Numbered from the whole stretch's first letter, positions 38,999 through 51,921 are shown. The stretch: 63,257 nt of DNA, filler included, from Octopus bimaculoides (GCF_001194135.2; 10 parts of 9 records of this genome joined end to end with filler, not necessarily neighbours in it), one strand, 5' to 3'. Made by a program: numbers and translations. The notes: a model not told the origin generated them from the sequence alone.

Positions 38999-39136
38999 CA
39001 ACAATAACAATCGACCAGACAAAATAATTAAAGTCAAGGAAGAAAATACTTGTAAACTAATAGATGTAAGCATTCCCACTGATAAAAATATATCTGTAAA
39101 GGAATTTTACAAAATAAGTAAATATAAGGACCTGGA
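38690..39136 (+). mobile_element. Two short R4/Dong-like fragments separated by (AAC/AAT)n
   Basis: TPGLTNIYNIQKIALLGTAHILRKTLSIQ* (near-identical to 3295-3380); NRPDKIIKVKEENTCKLIDVSIPTDKNISVKEFYKISKYKDLE. Confidence 0.85.
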
Positions 39137-39276
39137 ATGTATGTATGTACGTATGTATGTATGTATGTAAGTATGTATGTATGTATGTATGTATTTTATA
39201 TATATAGATATGTATGCATATACATATTTATGTATGTATATGTGTGTATATGTACATACATACATACATACATACA

Positions 39277-39307
<31 letters not shown>

Positions 39308-39339
39308 TGCAGAAATGCAAAATAGTACAAAAAAAAAAT

Positions 39340-39900
39340 CAACTTGAAAACAAAGAGCATCATAGGCAAAAGATCTTCGTTAAATCGCGAATAATTTACG
39401 GTAATGAAAATCAACTCACATCCTCAAACAGAACATAAATTAGAGTCATACTGAAACAATTTCTATGTCAAAAAAGACATAGAAGCCTATTTACTGCTCA
39501 CAACGAAAGAAATAGAATGAATTGGATGTGCAGTATAAACAGAGGTGGGTTTATATGTAGAATGGATTGATTACGAGAAAACTTTTGAGATGGTTCCACT
39601 TTCGTAGATTCTGAAAGCATTAATCATGAGTATGGTAGCACCAATTACAAGCAGGTACAGAAATCATACCATAATTAAATGGGGAAACTGTTATGAGGAT
39701 CCAAACAAAAGAGGGAACTGTGGAAATGAAGACAAATCTCAATCGAAACAGTAATATTTCAAAGTCATCGCAGACTCCATTCCAATTATTTCTGCAGTTG
39801 ACACTGTTAACCGACCAACATACAAAACTCGACACCGGGTACGAATGGTAATCAACTATCTGAATTGCATTACAAATGACGAACAGCTAAATTCAATTAG
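39340..39900 (+). mobile_element. Old R4-like RT remnant
   Basis: WIDYEKTFEMVP resembles WIDYKKAFDMVP. Confidence 0.5.
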
Positions 39901-40260
39901 ATGCAGTACACGGACTCAGTCTGGCATGTTTGGCCAAGGCCACACTGAAGAAAGGAAAATTAATATAAAGCAGAAATATCAGAGATTACAAAACTGAATA
40001 TTTGGAATGAACACACACAAATGGTAACAAAAATTTAGTAAAGAATATTATAGACATATTAGAATAATACTTAATATTAATATTATAAAGAGTTAAATGC
40101 AAAGTATTATGTAATAAGTGTCAATATTCAACGCGCCCCAGAAATAAGTTATAGAAAATATTCAAACAGAAGCTCAGTGAATTAGCCAGAGTAAATAGGG
40201 AAAGGATAAACATTTACTGTACGTAAAGTTGGACAAGTTAACAAGCATTATATATAGTGT

Positions 40261-40640
40261 CCCTCTCGTTCAGGTATCTATATAAGGAAATATCCGGGTT
40301 AGTCAAGTCTGGGGAACATGAAAGCCAGTTGACATTGCCGTAGCGGGAGATTATTCTCTCCCCAAAGCACTGCTGTGGCAACTGCATTATTTCTTTTGCA
40401 GTATGAGCAGTTGCTCCATCTTTTTGGAACCATATGTGAGGTCTACTATGAATGGCCGGATGCATAAATGTCTCAATCATGGATACCTGAACAAGAGGGT
40501 TTACGTCAACAAACCAGAGACCCTGGTGCAACTGAAAGAGAACATCAATAGAGAAATCAGAGAAGTTGGGTCTGAAACTCTTGAGGGTGTTATGGCGCAA
40601 GTTTTGGAAAGAGCACGGGCGTGAGAAGCTTTTGAAATAA
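40261..40640. mobile_element. Tc1-like transposase fragment in two opposite-orientation halves
   Basis: Minus: WFQKDGATAHTA...SPDLT..YRYLNER; plus: GYLNKRVYVNKPETLVQLKENI. Confidence 0.85.
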
Positions 40641-40659
40641 GCTTTTGAAAAGGATTGAG

Positions 40660-40790
40660 GAACTACAACAGCAATTATGAAAATTTCGAAACGGTTCTTC
40701 AAAATGGTGATATATAAACAAAAAGATGGAGTAACCACTGGTTCTCCGTTAGGGTCCACATTATTTTTAACAATGATAGAGAACAAAGCA
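40660..40790 (+). mobile_element. Penelope-like RT micro-fragment
   Basis: YKQKDGVTTGSPLGSTLF resembles YxQxxGxxMGSPLxP. Confidence 0.65.
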
Positions 40791-40929
40791 GTACCAGGCA
40801 CAAACATATACTATGCATTTGGTGCTAGGAAATTAAGAACAATTGACCCAAGGTGGTCATTACCCAACAAAACTAGACAACGCAGAAATAGATAAATAAT
40901 AATTTCAAATCTCGGTACAGAGTCAGCAG

Positions 40930-41092
40930 CTTTTAGGAGAGGGAGAAGTCGTTTACATCGATTCCAGTATTTAATTGGTACATATTTTATTGACTCCAAA
41001 AGTATGAAAGGCTAGGTCAACATCGGCAGAATTTGAACTCAGAACATTACAAATGCACGAAACGCCGCTAACAATTCTGCCTGTTCGCCAAC
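40930..41092 (-). mobile_element. SINE family A, degraded
   Basis: atgaaaggctaggtcaacatcggcagaatttgaactcagaac. Confidence 0.75.
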
Positions 41093-41785
41093 TTTGTAAT
41101 TGATAAATGACAAATTCAGCGCTGTCACCAGACAAAAGTCTTTACCACAATAAACTATGGAAAATAAATGAAGAATGAGTAAAAAAAAATTGCTGTTTCT
41201 GGCATCTCCATCATGATGGAGTAAATAAACAAACATTACAAATATGATCGGGGTGGGGATTGTATACTAGGACCTATACCAAATCTATAGGTTTATCCGC
41301 TGAAAATGAAATCGTAAAACATACTCAATTAAATCAATAAAAGAGAATGACGAATTGAGCAGACTCTAGAAATTATTTACTCAGACAATAAGATGATGAC
41401 AATAAATAGTATTCCCAAATACCACCAGAGAAAGCATGTCTCATAAAAGAAGTGCCAATATATCTCTGAGAGAAATTTGATAATTTATGAAACTATAAAA
41501 ACCTGGAAAGAAAGATGTCTAGAATCTGGGTTTCAAACTGTAAGAACCTGAAAAATAGGAGCCTTGTAGCCAAAACCCCAAAACTTATAAATATAGAATG
41601 TTTAGAAAGTAGCACTACTTAGGTACTTCGTAAAATATTACGTAAGATGTTCACAATGCAATAGAACAGACATGAAAAATAGGCAAGCTGTAAACAGATT
41701 GTACAAAACCGTTTGTACAAAATGAAACCATTAATACATATTTATAACAAAAATATTAGTGCTATATTAACGATGATATACTTAC

Positions 41786-41860
41786 TGCGACTCCAAAAAT
41801 GCATAGACATATTTCTAAGAACAGCATGAGACCCATTATCGTTGTTGATGTGGATACCAT
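41786..41860 (-). CDS. Candidate first coding exon encoding a signal peptide (MVSTSTTIMGLMLFLEICLCIFGVA)
   Basis: Exon 41905-41786 bounded by tttcag acceptor and GCA|GTAAGT donor; hydrophobic h-region ending GVA; phase 0. Confidence 0.5.
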
Positions 41861-42439
41861 TATCTTGGAGAGGTTGCAATTGTCTGAGGAACCGTTGGTT
41901 TATCACTGAAATACCCGTTTAGTTACCACTCTGTCTCTTTCTATGGATGAAATGCTGTTGTAATAAAGATAGTTTGATGTATATATATCTGCAAGCTATA
42001 CGTACTCTCCCGTGATTGTTTGTGTGTTGATGTATTCGTGTGTTTTTATAGATGTTTGGCTTTTGAAATATTAAAAAAGAAAAGAAAGAAAAATTGAGAG
42101 GCCAGAAGATAGACAGAGAAAGAAAGAGGGGGTGAATTAGAGAGGGGTAAGTGGAAATCAGAGAAATATGTTCAAAAATGTACATTGGATGTTAAATTGG
42201 ATGGAGAAAATTGTTCTCTAAGTCCGCCCCAAATTATAATTTTAGTCCCATTGGCGACAAAATATTTGCGGGGAACGGGAGAAGCTTGCATGTCTACATT
42301 ATCTAAGTCATTATTTCTTTGAGGTTTAAGCAAAATTATAAAATTCAAATGTTCTAGTTTAGAACCGATAATCTATGGCGACATTTGCGCCATTTTTTTT
42401 TTTTTTTTGTATTGCAAACATATCATCTTGCAATTGTTG

Positions 42440-42750
42440 ATCGTGTGAATGAGGGCTTGAAATGATAGAGGAGTCGAAGAGTCGCTTGACAATGATTATG
42501 ATACAATAATAGATATTTCCTGCTGTTGATTATTGCCGCTACTTTTCTGAATTGAGAGGTCACAAGTCCGGCACTACAGATATGCAATTAGAATGTCGCA
42601 GGAAATAATTGCAACACAGATTCTTCAAGCCACGCCAACTGGTAAGAGACCTAGGAGTATCCCAAGAACGGGATGGTTAGATAACATCCATTGTCTCAGC
42701 TGGTTGCGCTTGGAGATCCAGCTGAAAAATGTACTGAAGTTTGCTTCTGA
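42440..42750 (+). mobile_element. RTE-type LINE 3' remnant
   Basis: QATPTGKRPRSIPRTGWLDNI resembles GKRPRGRPRxRWxD. Confidence 0.65.
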
Positions 42751-43167
42751 GAAAGGGTTTAGATAATGAGAAAAGCAATAAAAAAAAGTAATTAAAACGA
42801 TTCGAAAGAAAAAAATTACGAGAAAACTTTTTCATTGCAATATTCTGCCTATAAGAAACTAATACAAATATATATAAAGATANNNNNNNNNNNNNNNNNN
42901 NNNNNNNNNNNNNNNNNNNNNNNNNNTTAATTAATTAANNNNNNNNNNNNNNNNNNNNNNNNNNNNNNNNNNNNNNNNNNNNATACTTTTATATATATAT
43001 ATCAATACATGTATATATGTATGTATGCATATATATACAAACATACATATTCAAATACATATACTTATACATATATTACAATATATACCTATATATCTTC
43101 GTATATATATATTGATATATGTATATGTGTATATATAGGTACCTATGGAATGTGTGTTTGTATATAT

Positions 43168-43208
<41 letters not shown>

Positions 43209-43218
43209 NNNNNNNNNN

Positions 43219-43263
<45 letters not shown>

Positions 43264-43869
43264 ATGTAATATATATATATATGTTCGATATATATAAACA
43301 TATATACATATATATATAAATATATATATAATATATATACATATATATATACATATATATATGTATATACGTATATATATGTATATATATATATATGTAT
43401 GTATACACACACACACATATATGTGTATATTACGTCTGTGTGTGTTCATGTCTGTGCCTAGTAAGGGCAAAAAGCAAAGTGTTGGTAAAAATCAAACGAT
43501 CACTGAAAAAACTTGCCCTGAATATGCGTATATAAATGAGATTTTACATATGTATAATTACTTTTTTGCGTATAATAAAATACATATGAGATGTGTGCCT
43601 GTGAATATTAAGATATATTTCTAAATTACACTTCACCAGTTGTTATCAATTCTGTATTTACACTTTGCTTACATATTAATATAAATGTTTTATGCATATC
43701 TACGTTTTGTGACATATATATGTGTGCCTATAAAATAGTCATAGATTCATGGACACATACGTTTGTATGCCCATCTGTTTGTAGACAAATATGTATATTT
43801 GGATATGTAAGTGCGTATAGAAACACTAATGCATTCTTGAATATACATGCTCACCCACCACTTACACTA

Positions 43870-43900
<31 letters not shown>

Positions 43901-43901
43901 G

Positions 43902-43955
<54 letters not shown>

Positions 43956-44169
43956 GTATTTATGTATGTATATTCAGATCGATTTCCAAATTAAAAAGAC
44001 TCATAAGCATAGGCTTGGAAGTATAACTTTATTCACATGTATAAATATTTAAATATGTATATACAAATAGTGAAGAGTATATACAGCCTTATATTGATAC
44101 ACATACATATATGCTCACAGATGCATACACACACTGAAGCACATATGCATGTACATGGGTATAGAGGAC

Positions 44170-44208
<39 letters not shown>

Positions 44209-44309
44209 NNNNNNNNNNNNNNNNNNNNNNNNNNNNNNNNNNNNNNNNNNNNTTAATTAATTAANNNNNNNNNNNNNNNNNNNNNNNNNNNNNNNNNNNN
44301 NNNNNNNNG

Positions 44310-44432
44310 ATGATGATGAAAAGGATGACAAGCAAAGTCAACCTTGGCCGAATTTGAACTCAGAACATAAAGACAGACGCAATACCGCTAAGCATTTTGC
44401 CCAGCAGTCTAACAATTCTGCCAGCTTGCCAC
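44310..44432 (-). mobile_element. SINE family A, 5' part
   Basis: ggatgacaagcaaagtcaaccttggccgaatttgaactcagaac...ctgccagcttgcc. Confidence 0.8.
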
Positions 44433-44459
44433 TTTAAATCATTATTGTAATAAAAAATA

Positions 44460-44815
44460 AGGCATGACTGCGTAGTTAAGAAGCTTGCTGTGCAACCATG
44501 TGGGTTCAGGTTCAATCTCATTGAACAGCACCTAGGGCAAATGTCATGTATTATAGCCCTAGGCTGATGAACGAGTGAATTTGGTAGATGGAAACTGTAT
44601 GGAAGCCCATCAGGTATGTGTACACGTGTGTCTTTGTCTCTCCTCAACACACCCGCATTTGATAACTGATGCTGAATTGTCTGCATCCCCATAACTTAGC
44701 GGTTCAGCAAAAGAGACTGAGAAACACTAGAGTCAATTTGTTCATCTAAACCCTTCAAGACAGTGACCCAGCATGGCCACAATCCAATTATAAAACAAGT
44801 AAAAAAATAAAAGAT
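44460..44815 (+). mobile_element. SINE family B
   Basis: Head gggttcaggttc, CORE tgtattatagccc, tail cagcatggccac...aaacaagtaaa. Confidence 0.8.
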
Positions 44816-45217
44816 ATCATTATCATTATGAATTATGTATCTCAAATTGCAATGCTTTCCTATGAACTATCTTTTCTACCTTGAAAATAAAAAAAAGTTT
44901 GAGCACAAAAGGCCAGCGTTTTTTATCTATTTCCTCTTAGCATGAACATTGACATCACTCATTTTTATTATTTTTAACTATTGTAAAGCATTTAGTTTGG
45001 TACTCTACTGTTCTTAGCTACTCATTATAAATAAGTCATAATTTCTTTTTATTAGTCAATAAATACAAAGAATACAATGTCTTCAGAAGCTATATATTTA
45101 TGCACTATGCACTGTGGTGTCAAATTACGCAATGGATTGCCTTATACTTTAGAAATATCAAAAACTTTTTCCATTCACGCCAAGCACTATTTTTTAAATC
45201 TAAGTTATACACACCAG

Positions 45218-45550
45218 TGTGGAGGCGCAATGGCCCAGTGGTTAGGGCAGCGGACTTGCGGTCATAGGATTGCGGTTTCGATTCCCCGACCGGGCGTTGT
45301 GAGTGTTTATTGAGCGAAAACACCTAAAGCTCCAGGAGGCTCCGGCAGGGGATGGTGGCAAACCCTGCTGTACTCTTTCACCACAACTTTCTCTCTCACT
45401 CTTACTTCCTGTTTCTGTTGTGCTTGTAATTCAAAGGGTCAGCCTTGTCACATTGTGTCACGCTGAATATCTCCGAGAACTACGTTAAGGGTACACGTGT
45501 CTGTGGAGTGCTCAACCACTTGCACGTTAATTTCATGAGCAGGCTGTTCC
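45218..45550 (+). mobile_element. tRNA-derived SINE truncated by the gap
   Basis: ggaggcgcaatggcccagtggttagggcagcggac...ggtttcgattcccc; tail matches 8945-9070 and 50565-50745. Confidence 0.88.
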
Positions 45551-45650
45551 NNNNNNNNNNNNNNNNNNNNNNNNNNNNNNNNNNNNNNNNNNNNTTAATT
45601 AATTAANNNNNNNNNNNNNNNNNNNNNNNNNNNNNNNNNNNNNNNNNNNN

Positions 45651-45694
<44 letters not shown>

Positions 45695-45699
45695 ACTGA

Positions 45700-48326
45700 T
45701 CTGGACGGATGCTAGTCGCATCGTCTCGCAAGTAAGCAGGTTTTTATATGACAAAAATTTTGCAGTTTTGAAATATTTTTTGTGGAAGAGGTGTATAAGA
45801 CTATACACTTCGACCCTATTGGGTTTTTGTAATAGGAACTGGCTCCTTTTGGAGTTTATTTCCAAAAGTTTTAATTTTTTCTCCGGCTCATTTGCCATAT
45901 TTCGTAAAACAAATATGGCTAGGCCTTTACACGTGGTCAATTTGCCTCTAATATCAGGCAAGGAGACTGACAAGCAAGTCGTTCCACCTGAACGAACACA
46001 AGACGTAGAGACCAGGAATGCTGCGTTTACTATTACTGCCTTCACCACCTCCACTACCACCATTACGACCACCACCACCAACGACAACAAAACCCAAACC
46101 ACTACTGCCACCGACATCGCAGCCACCACTACCACCAAGAACAACAATAACAAAAAGAACAACAACAACTCCACTCCTCTTTTGTTCCTTTCACCACAGA
46201 CAACGGAAGGNNNNNNNNNNNNNNNNNNNNNNNNNNNNNNNNNNNNNNNNNNNNNNNNNNNNNNNNNNNNNNNNNNNNNNNNNNNNNNNNNNNNNNNNNN
46301 NNNNNNNNNNNNNNNNNNNNNNNNNNNNNNNNNNNNNNNNNNNNNNNNNNNNNNNNNNNNNNNNNNNNNNNNNNNNNNNNNNNNNNNNNNNNNNNNNNNN
46401 NNNNNNNNNNNNNNNNNNNNNNNNNNNNNNNNNNNNNNNNNNNNNNNNNNNNNNNNNNNNNNNNNNNNNNNNNNNNNNNNNNNNNNNNNNNNNNNNNNNN
46501 NNNNNNNNNNNNNNNNNNNNNNNNNNNNNNNNNNNNNNNNNNNNNNNNNNNNNNNNNNNNNNNNNNNNNNNNNNNNNNNNNNNNNNNNNNNNNNNNNNNN
46601 NNNNNNNNNNNNNNNNNNNNNNNNNNNNNNNNNNNNNNNNNNNNNNNNNNNNNNNNNNNNNNNNNNNNNNNNNNNNNNNNNNNNNNNNNNNNNNNNNNNN
46701 NNNNNNNNNNNNNNNNNNNNNNNNNNNNNNNNNNNNNNNNNNNNNNNNNNNNNNNNNNNNNNNNNNNNNNNNNNNNNNNNNNNNNNNNNNNNNNNNNNNN
46801 NNNNNNNNNNNNNNNNNNNNNNNNNNNNNNNNNNNNNNNNNNNNNNNNNNNNNNNNNNNNNNNNNNNNNNNNNNNNNNNNNNNNNNNNNNNNNNNNNNNN
46901 NNNNNNNNNNNNNNNNNNNNNNNNNNNNNNNNNNNNNNNNNNNNNNNNNNNNNNNNNNNNNNNNNNNNNNNNNNNNNNNNNNNNNNNNNNNNNNNNNNNN
47001 NNNNNNNNNNNNNNNNNNNNNNNNNNNNNNNNNNNNNNNNNNNNNNNNNNNNNNNNNNNNNNNNNNNNNTAAAAATAAAAAATGTCCCTCCTAAACTGAA
47101 TCGAAGTGGATTACTTCGGTGATATGTTTTCATTTGAAAACAATCAGCATTCTGGAAACCGCTGTTGTCCATAATGATAATTGGACGGGCAAATCCATCG
47201 AAATCACGATCCAGATGGATCAAGATTCCCTGGAAAAATTGCCAAATGTAATCCACCTCGAAAACGGACAAAGCCTCTATGTGGTGGTGGAGGGTAAAAA
47301 ACCGCGTTGCTACTTCTGCGGCAGCCAAGACTACTTAATATCAAAGTGCGTTTTGGTGCAAAAAAAGAAACAGCAAAAACAGTTACAACCAAAGCACCAA
47401 GCAAATAAAAAACAACCTTTGTTACCAACACCACCAAACCCACAAGTGATCCGAGAATTTTATTAAAAAATGGAATCTCATCAAGAACAACATACCAACA
47501 AAGAAAACCAAACGACATCACCATCAACACCAAGAAAAGAAACAACACCACGACAATTACCTCCAACACCGAAACCAACTAGGGATACAGCATCAACACC
47601 AACATCAAAAGATAGACCAACACCAGTACCAAGAACAACAACCAAGAAAACAAACACCAACGAAAAAAAAAACAAATACTAACCCTAAATCCCCAACAAC
47701 ACACACACCACACAACACAACAATGTCTAATAATACACGCATAGAACCTGATGCCTTGCCCTTACTCCCTTCTGATCTGTCGGACTTTTCGTCCAACGAT
47801 GAAAGTCCAGTGGAATGGCAAATAGCCACAGGGTGTAAGAGAAAAAGATTAAAAAAAACAACAAAAAAAACAAACACAAGCAAAGCAGGGAGGTACACAA
47901 CCCCTGAAAGCCCCTTACACAACTAAACCAACAGCAACACCACAAAAACGCATACAATGCTCTCGGCCATAAACACAAAAGACACAAAACTGATGAATTA
48001 TATTGCATCTCACACAAACATATGTGAAGATAACTTGAAAACTAACAATCACATACGAACAACACCACCAGAACATATAAAAATAGTACGCTTGACACCA
48101 ACACATCACCACACACTCAAATCCCTCTATCCAAATGCAGTAGGGGGATTCCAAAAATACCTCTCAAAAAAATTATATAAAGACGTACTCCAAGAAACTT
48201 CAAAGGAGGAGCAGTGTAAAACTGTCGAAATGAGTAAGTAACCTTCTCTCTCGTCTCTTTACGTTTTTCGACAAAGTTATGCTTAAATTAGGTTGTGTAA
48301 ATGTACGTGGCTTGGCGTCAGCTTGG
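45700..48326 (+). mobile_element. L1/Tx1-like LINE 5' portion: disrupted ORF1 with zinc knuckle and the first codons of ORF2 APE
   Basis: LYVVVEGKKPRCYFCGSQDYLISKC; ORF2 ATG 48279 MLKLGCVNVRGLASAW (APE NVRGL motif). Confidence 0.8.
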
Positions 48327-48426
48327 NNNNNNNNNNNNNNNNNNNNNNNNNNNNNNNNNNNNNNNNNNNNTTAATTAATTAANNNNNNNNNNNNNNNNNN
48401 NNNNNNNNNNNNNNNNNNNNNNNNNN

Positions 48427-48760
48427 TACCGCTTGACTGGCCTTCGTAGGATTTTCGAGCGAGATCGTTGCCAGTGCCCCTGGACTGGCTCTTGTGCGGG
48501 TGGCACATAAAATACACCATTTTGAGCGTGGCCATTGCCAGTACCGCCTGACTGGCCTTTGTGCGGGTGACACGTAAAAGCACCCACTACACTTTCTGAG
48601 TGGTTGGCGTTAGGAAGGGCATCCAGCTGTAGAAACTCTGCCAAATCAGATTGGAGCCTGGTGTAGCCATCTGGTTTCACCAGTCTTCAGTCAAATCGTC
48701 CAACCCATGCTAGCATGGAAGGCGGACGTTAAACGATGATGATGATGATGATGATGATGT
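48427..48760 (+). mobile_element. SINE family C 3' part with (GAT)n tail
   Basis: gtggttggcgttaggaagggcatccagctgtagaaac...catgctagcatggaa..gacgttaaacgatgatg. Confidence 0.88.
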
Positions 48761-48953
48761 CCATTGTAATTTAGATACCATATAATTCTATGAAGGTATC
48801 TAAGATTGGTAGTTCTTTTCCACCAGTTTCTAATGTAAATCTAAAGGATGGGATTATGTTACTTAATATGTGATGGAATGTAGGAAAATCACCTTTTGAC
48901 TTATTCCAAAAAATCACCAAGTAATTGTTTCCACTTCTCAACCAAATATTTAA

Positions 48954-49174
48954 TCTTTTAGAGTTTAAATCGGCCATATCCGCCCCAATATATTCTACAT
49001 GTTTTATATTCAAACTGGCGATATCTAGCCTCTCACACCTAACCTACATTGTCATTCTAAAAATAAACAATCACATCATTGAAACCTCAAAGCTATAAGA
49101 TAATGCATGATTAATTCAAAACAATTTGAGTGAAAAAGTATTATATTTAACAGCATAATCTGAACACTAAAGGG
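48954..49174. mobile_element. piggyBac-like MITE
   Basis: TTAA at 48950-48953 and 49175-49178; termini tcttttag / ctaaaggg. Confidence 0.7.
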
Positions 49175-49776
49175 TTAAAATCATGGTCGAATTTTGTTTT
49201 TGTTCCTTGGTATAGTTCTCTTCTAGGTGTCCCATTACTAGGTTTGCATAAGAAGGTACTGCTCTTATATCCATGACTGTTCCCTTAATTTGTTTATATT
49301 TTTTGCCATCAAAGTTAAAGGTGTTTTCCTCTAATGCTAATTGCAGAGCTTTGATGTTGAAGACTTTTGAAGCATTCATTAATTGTGTTTCTACACCTTT
49401 TGTTATGTTTTAATACAGAATTATTAACTTGGATTACATTACTCGAATGCAAGCAAATAATGGAGTTAATATGTGAGCAAATACAACACAATATATACTT
49501 AAAAATGCACACTGATTAAAAGAAAAGCAGAACCTAAAGATCCATGTGCGAAAGTATCACACCACTTCTGAAACAAACCAGTATGCAAATTAGAAGGCAG
49601 TCAAAAGTTCACTTTAAAAGGACACGAGGTGAATGCACGAAATAAAGCAGGGTCACTAAACTTAGTTTGATACTTAGTCAGAACATAGAGTTAAATTAGA
49701 GCAATATAACATCTTTCTACCAAGTATTAAACTGCTGTTAAGCCTAACTTGTGGTATATTGGCATAGAGATAAGTA

Positions 49777-49947
49777 GGCGCAGGGGTGGCTGTGTGATAA
49801 GTAGCTTGCTTACCAACCACATGGTTCCGGGTTCATTCCCACTGCGTGGCATCTTGGGCAAGTGTCTTCTACTATAGCCACAGGCTGACCAAAGCCTTGT
49901 GAGTGGATTTGGTAGATGGAAACTGAAAGAAGCCCGTCGTATATATG

Positions 49948-49982
<35 letters not shown>

Positions 49983-50190
49983 TTGTGTTTGTGTGTTTGT
50001 GTTTGTCCCCCTAGCATTGCTTGACAACCGATGCTGGCGTGTTTATGTCTCCGTCACTTAGTGGTTCGGCAAAAGAGACCGATAGAATAAGTACTAGCCT
50101 TACAAGGAATAAGTCCCAGGGTCGATTTGCTTGACTAAAGGTGGTGCTCCAGCATGGCCGCAGTCAAATGACTGAAACAAGTAAAAAAAA
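49777..50190 (+). mobile_element. SINE family B, full length and young
   Basis: ggcgcaggggtggctgtgtg...gggttcattcccactgcgtggc...gtgtcttctactatagcc...(TG)n...gactgaaacaagtaaaa. Confidence 0.92.
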
Positions 50191-50564
50191 AAAAAGTAAA
50201 GTAAAAGTATTGAATCTTGTTAAAATGGTGCACTTTGATTAAAGTCCAAATCATCCTGTATGTTGTTTGGGATCTTTGACCATATTGGTTTAAGTAGTGA
50301 ATCTATCAAGTAACTTAATCTGTAGTGTTGGTTATTGTGGTCTTACTTTGAGATCAGCTCATCTGTTTTTCAACGCATTGGTTCTTTTGTTCATTTATAG
50401 CTTCCTGTAGTTTCAATTTGTAAATATTGTTTTCCTTACTTTTAAAATTACAAAGAAAGTCAATTTCTTTTTCCATTAAGGAGCTTGAGAATTGGTTGGT
50501 TAACGAGTTGACCGTGTTTATAGTTGTTTTATCTAAGTTTCTTGTCTCTTCCTTGTAGTTGTTC

Positions 50565-50745
50565 TTGGCACTCCGTCGCTTACGACGACGAGGGTTCCAG
50601 TTGATCTGATCAACGGAACAGCCGGTTCGTGAAATTAACGTGCAAGTGGCTGAGTACTCCACAGACACATGTACCCTTAACGTAGTTCTCGGGGATATTC
50701 AGCATGACACAGAGTGTGACAAGGCTGGCCCTTTGAATTAGGCAC
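50565..50745 (-). mobile_element. SINE 3' tail, same family as 45218
   Basis: High identity to 8945-9070 and reverse complement of 45415-45550. Confidence 0.85.
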
Positions 50746-51184
50746 TTCCTTGTAATAGTTAATATCCATTAATTGCTCAAGTATTTTCTCTTTGTAATAT
50801 TCATCCATATTGATAATTACATTGCCGTTATCAGCTTCTTTTGCAACAATTGAATATCATTTTCCAATGTTAATAGAGTTTCTTTGTCTCCTTTCCAAAG
50901 TTTCTGTTTACAATTACGGATACAAATGGAGAATTTCGATATCATAATATAAGTAACCAAATGTTCATGTTGAGTGAAGTTGAATGTATCTCTGACAAAG
51001 GAATCATTGTTTTCATTTTTGTTGTTGTTGTTGAAAACTTCTCTTAGCTAAAGTTTCCAATGTCTGCTTTCAGTTTGGTTATAATTTAAGAATGGTGTAG
51101 GAGTGAATGGAAGTCCCTTTTAATTTTTATTAAATTTCTATTAAAGAAATTTTAATATTCTGGGGTCATTATTTTCCGTGAGTT

Positions 51185-51404
51185 AAGGGAGCAAACTGGA
51201 AGAATTGTTAGCACATCGGGTGAAATGCTAAGCAGTAGTTTGTCTGTCTTCAGATACTGAGTTCAAATTCTATTGAGATTGACTTTGTCTTTCATCCTTT
51301 CAGGGTCAATAAAATAAGTACCAGTTGAGTAATGGAGTCGATGTAATCAACATACCCCATCCCATGAAATTACAGGCCTTGTGCCAAAATTTGAAATCAA
51401 TATT
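51185..51404 (+). mobile_element. SINE family A
   Basis: gagttcaaattc...gactttgtctttcatcctttcagggtcaataaaataagtaccagttg. Confidence 0.85.
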
Positions 51405-51921
51405 TTCTATGGGTTTGTTTTGTTTCTTTGAATCATTGGGTCTGATATCTGGTTGAAGTAAGCCTTCCCTAAAAAAAAGAGTTCACAGAATTATATTCTT
51501 TTGTTCTGAAGCTGAGACTTCTGTTTCCTCTTTGCAGCTTTCTTCCATGTTCTCTATTAGTACTTATTTCCTATTTTGCCCACTTTCTGATCACTTCTAC
51601 ACATTATTCCATTCATAATTCTTCTTAATTTTGGTTTTAGCTTTTTGTCTATATTTTGTGTATTCATTTGAATGTACAACAGATAAGTTTCCAATCTGAG
51701 TTTGAGGTGTTCTCCACATATATTCTTGGGTGTTTCAGAGATTAGTTTCATTGTCTAGTTCTTATGTAATATATTTATATGTAATTTTTAAATTTTATCC
51801 TCAGTTTTCATATTCTCTCTATTTTTTAATTGTGATTTGGTCTTCATTATGGAACATTCTTCAAATCATCCACCCACTACTAAACCAATGCAAAAAATCT
51901 CAACTAGCCGAAGACCATTTG

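Larger units (their letters stand above)
48761..50560 (-). mobile_element. Decayed Penelope-like element RT region interrupted by younger insertions
   Basis: FNFDGKKYKQIKGTVMDIRAVPSYANLVMGHLEE; IIPSFRFTLETGGKELPILD; LIDSLLKP. Confidence 0.8.
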
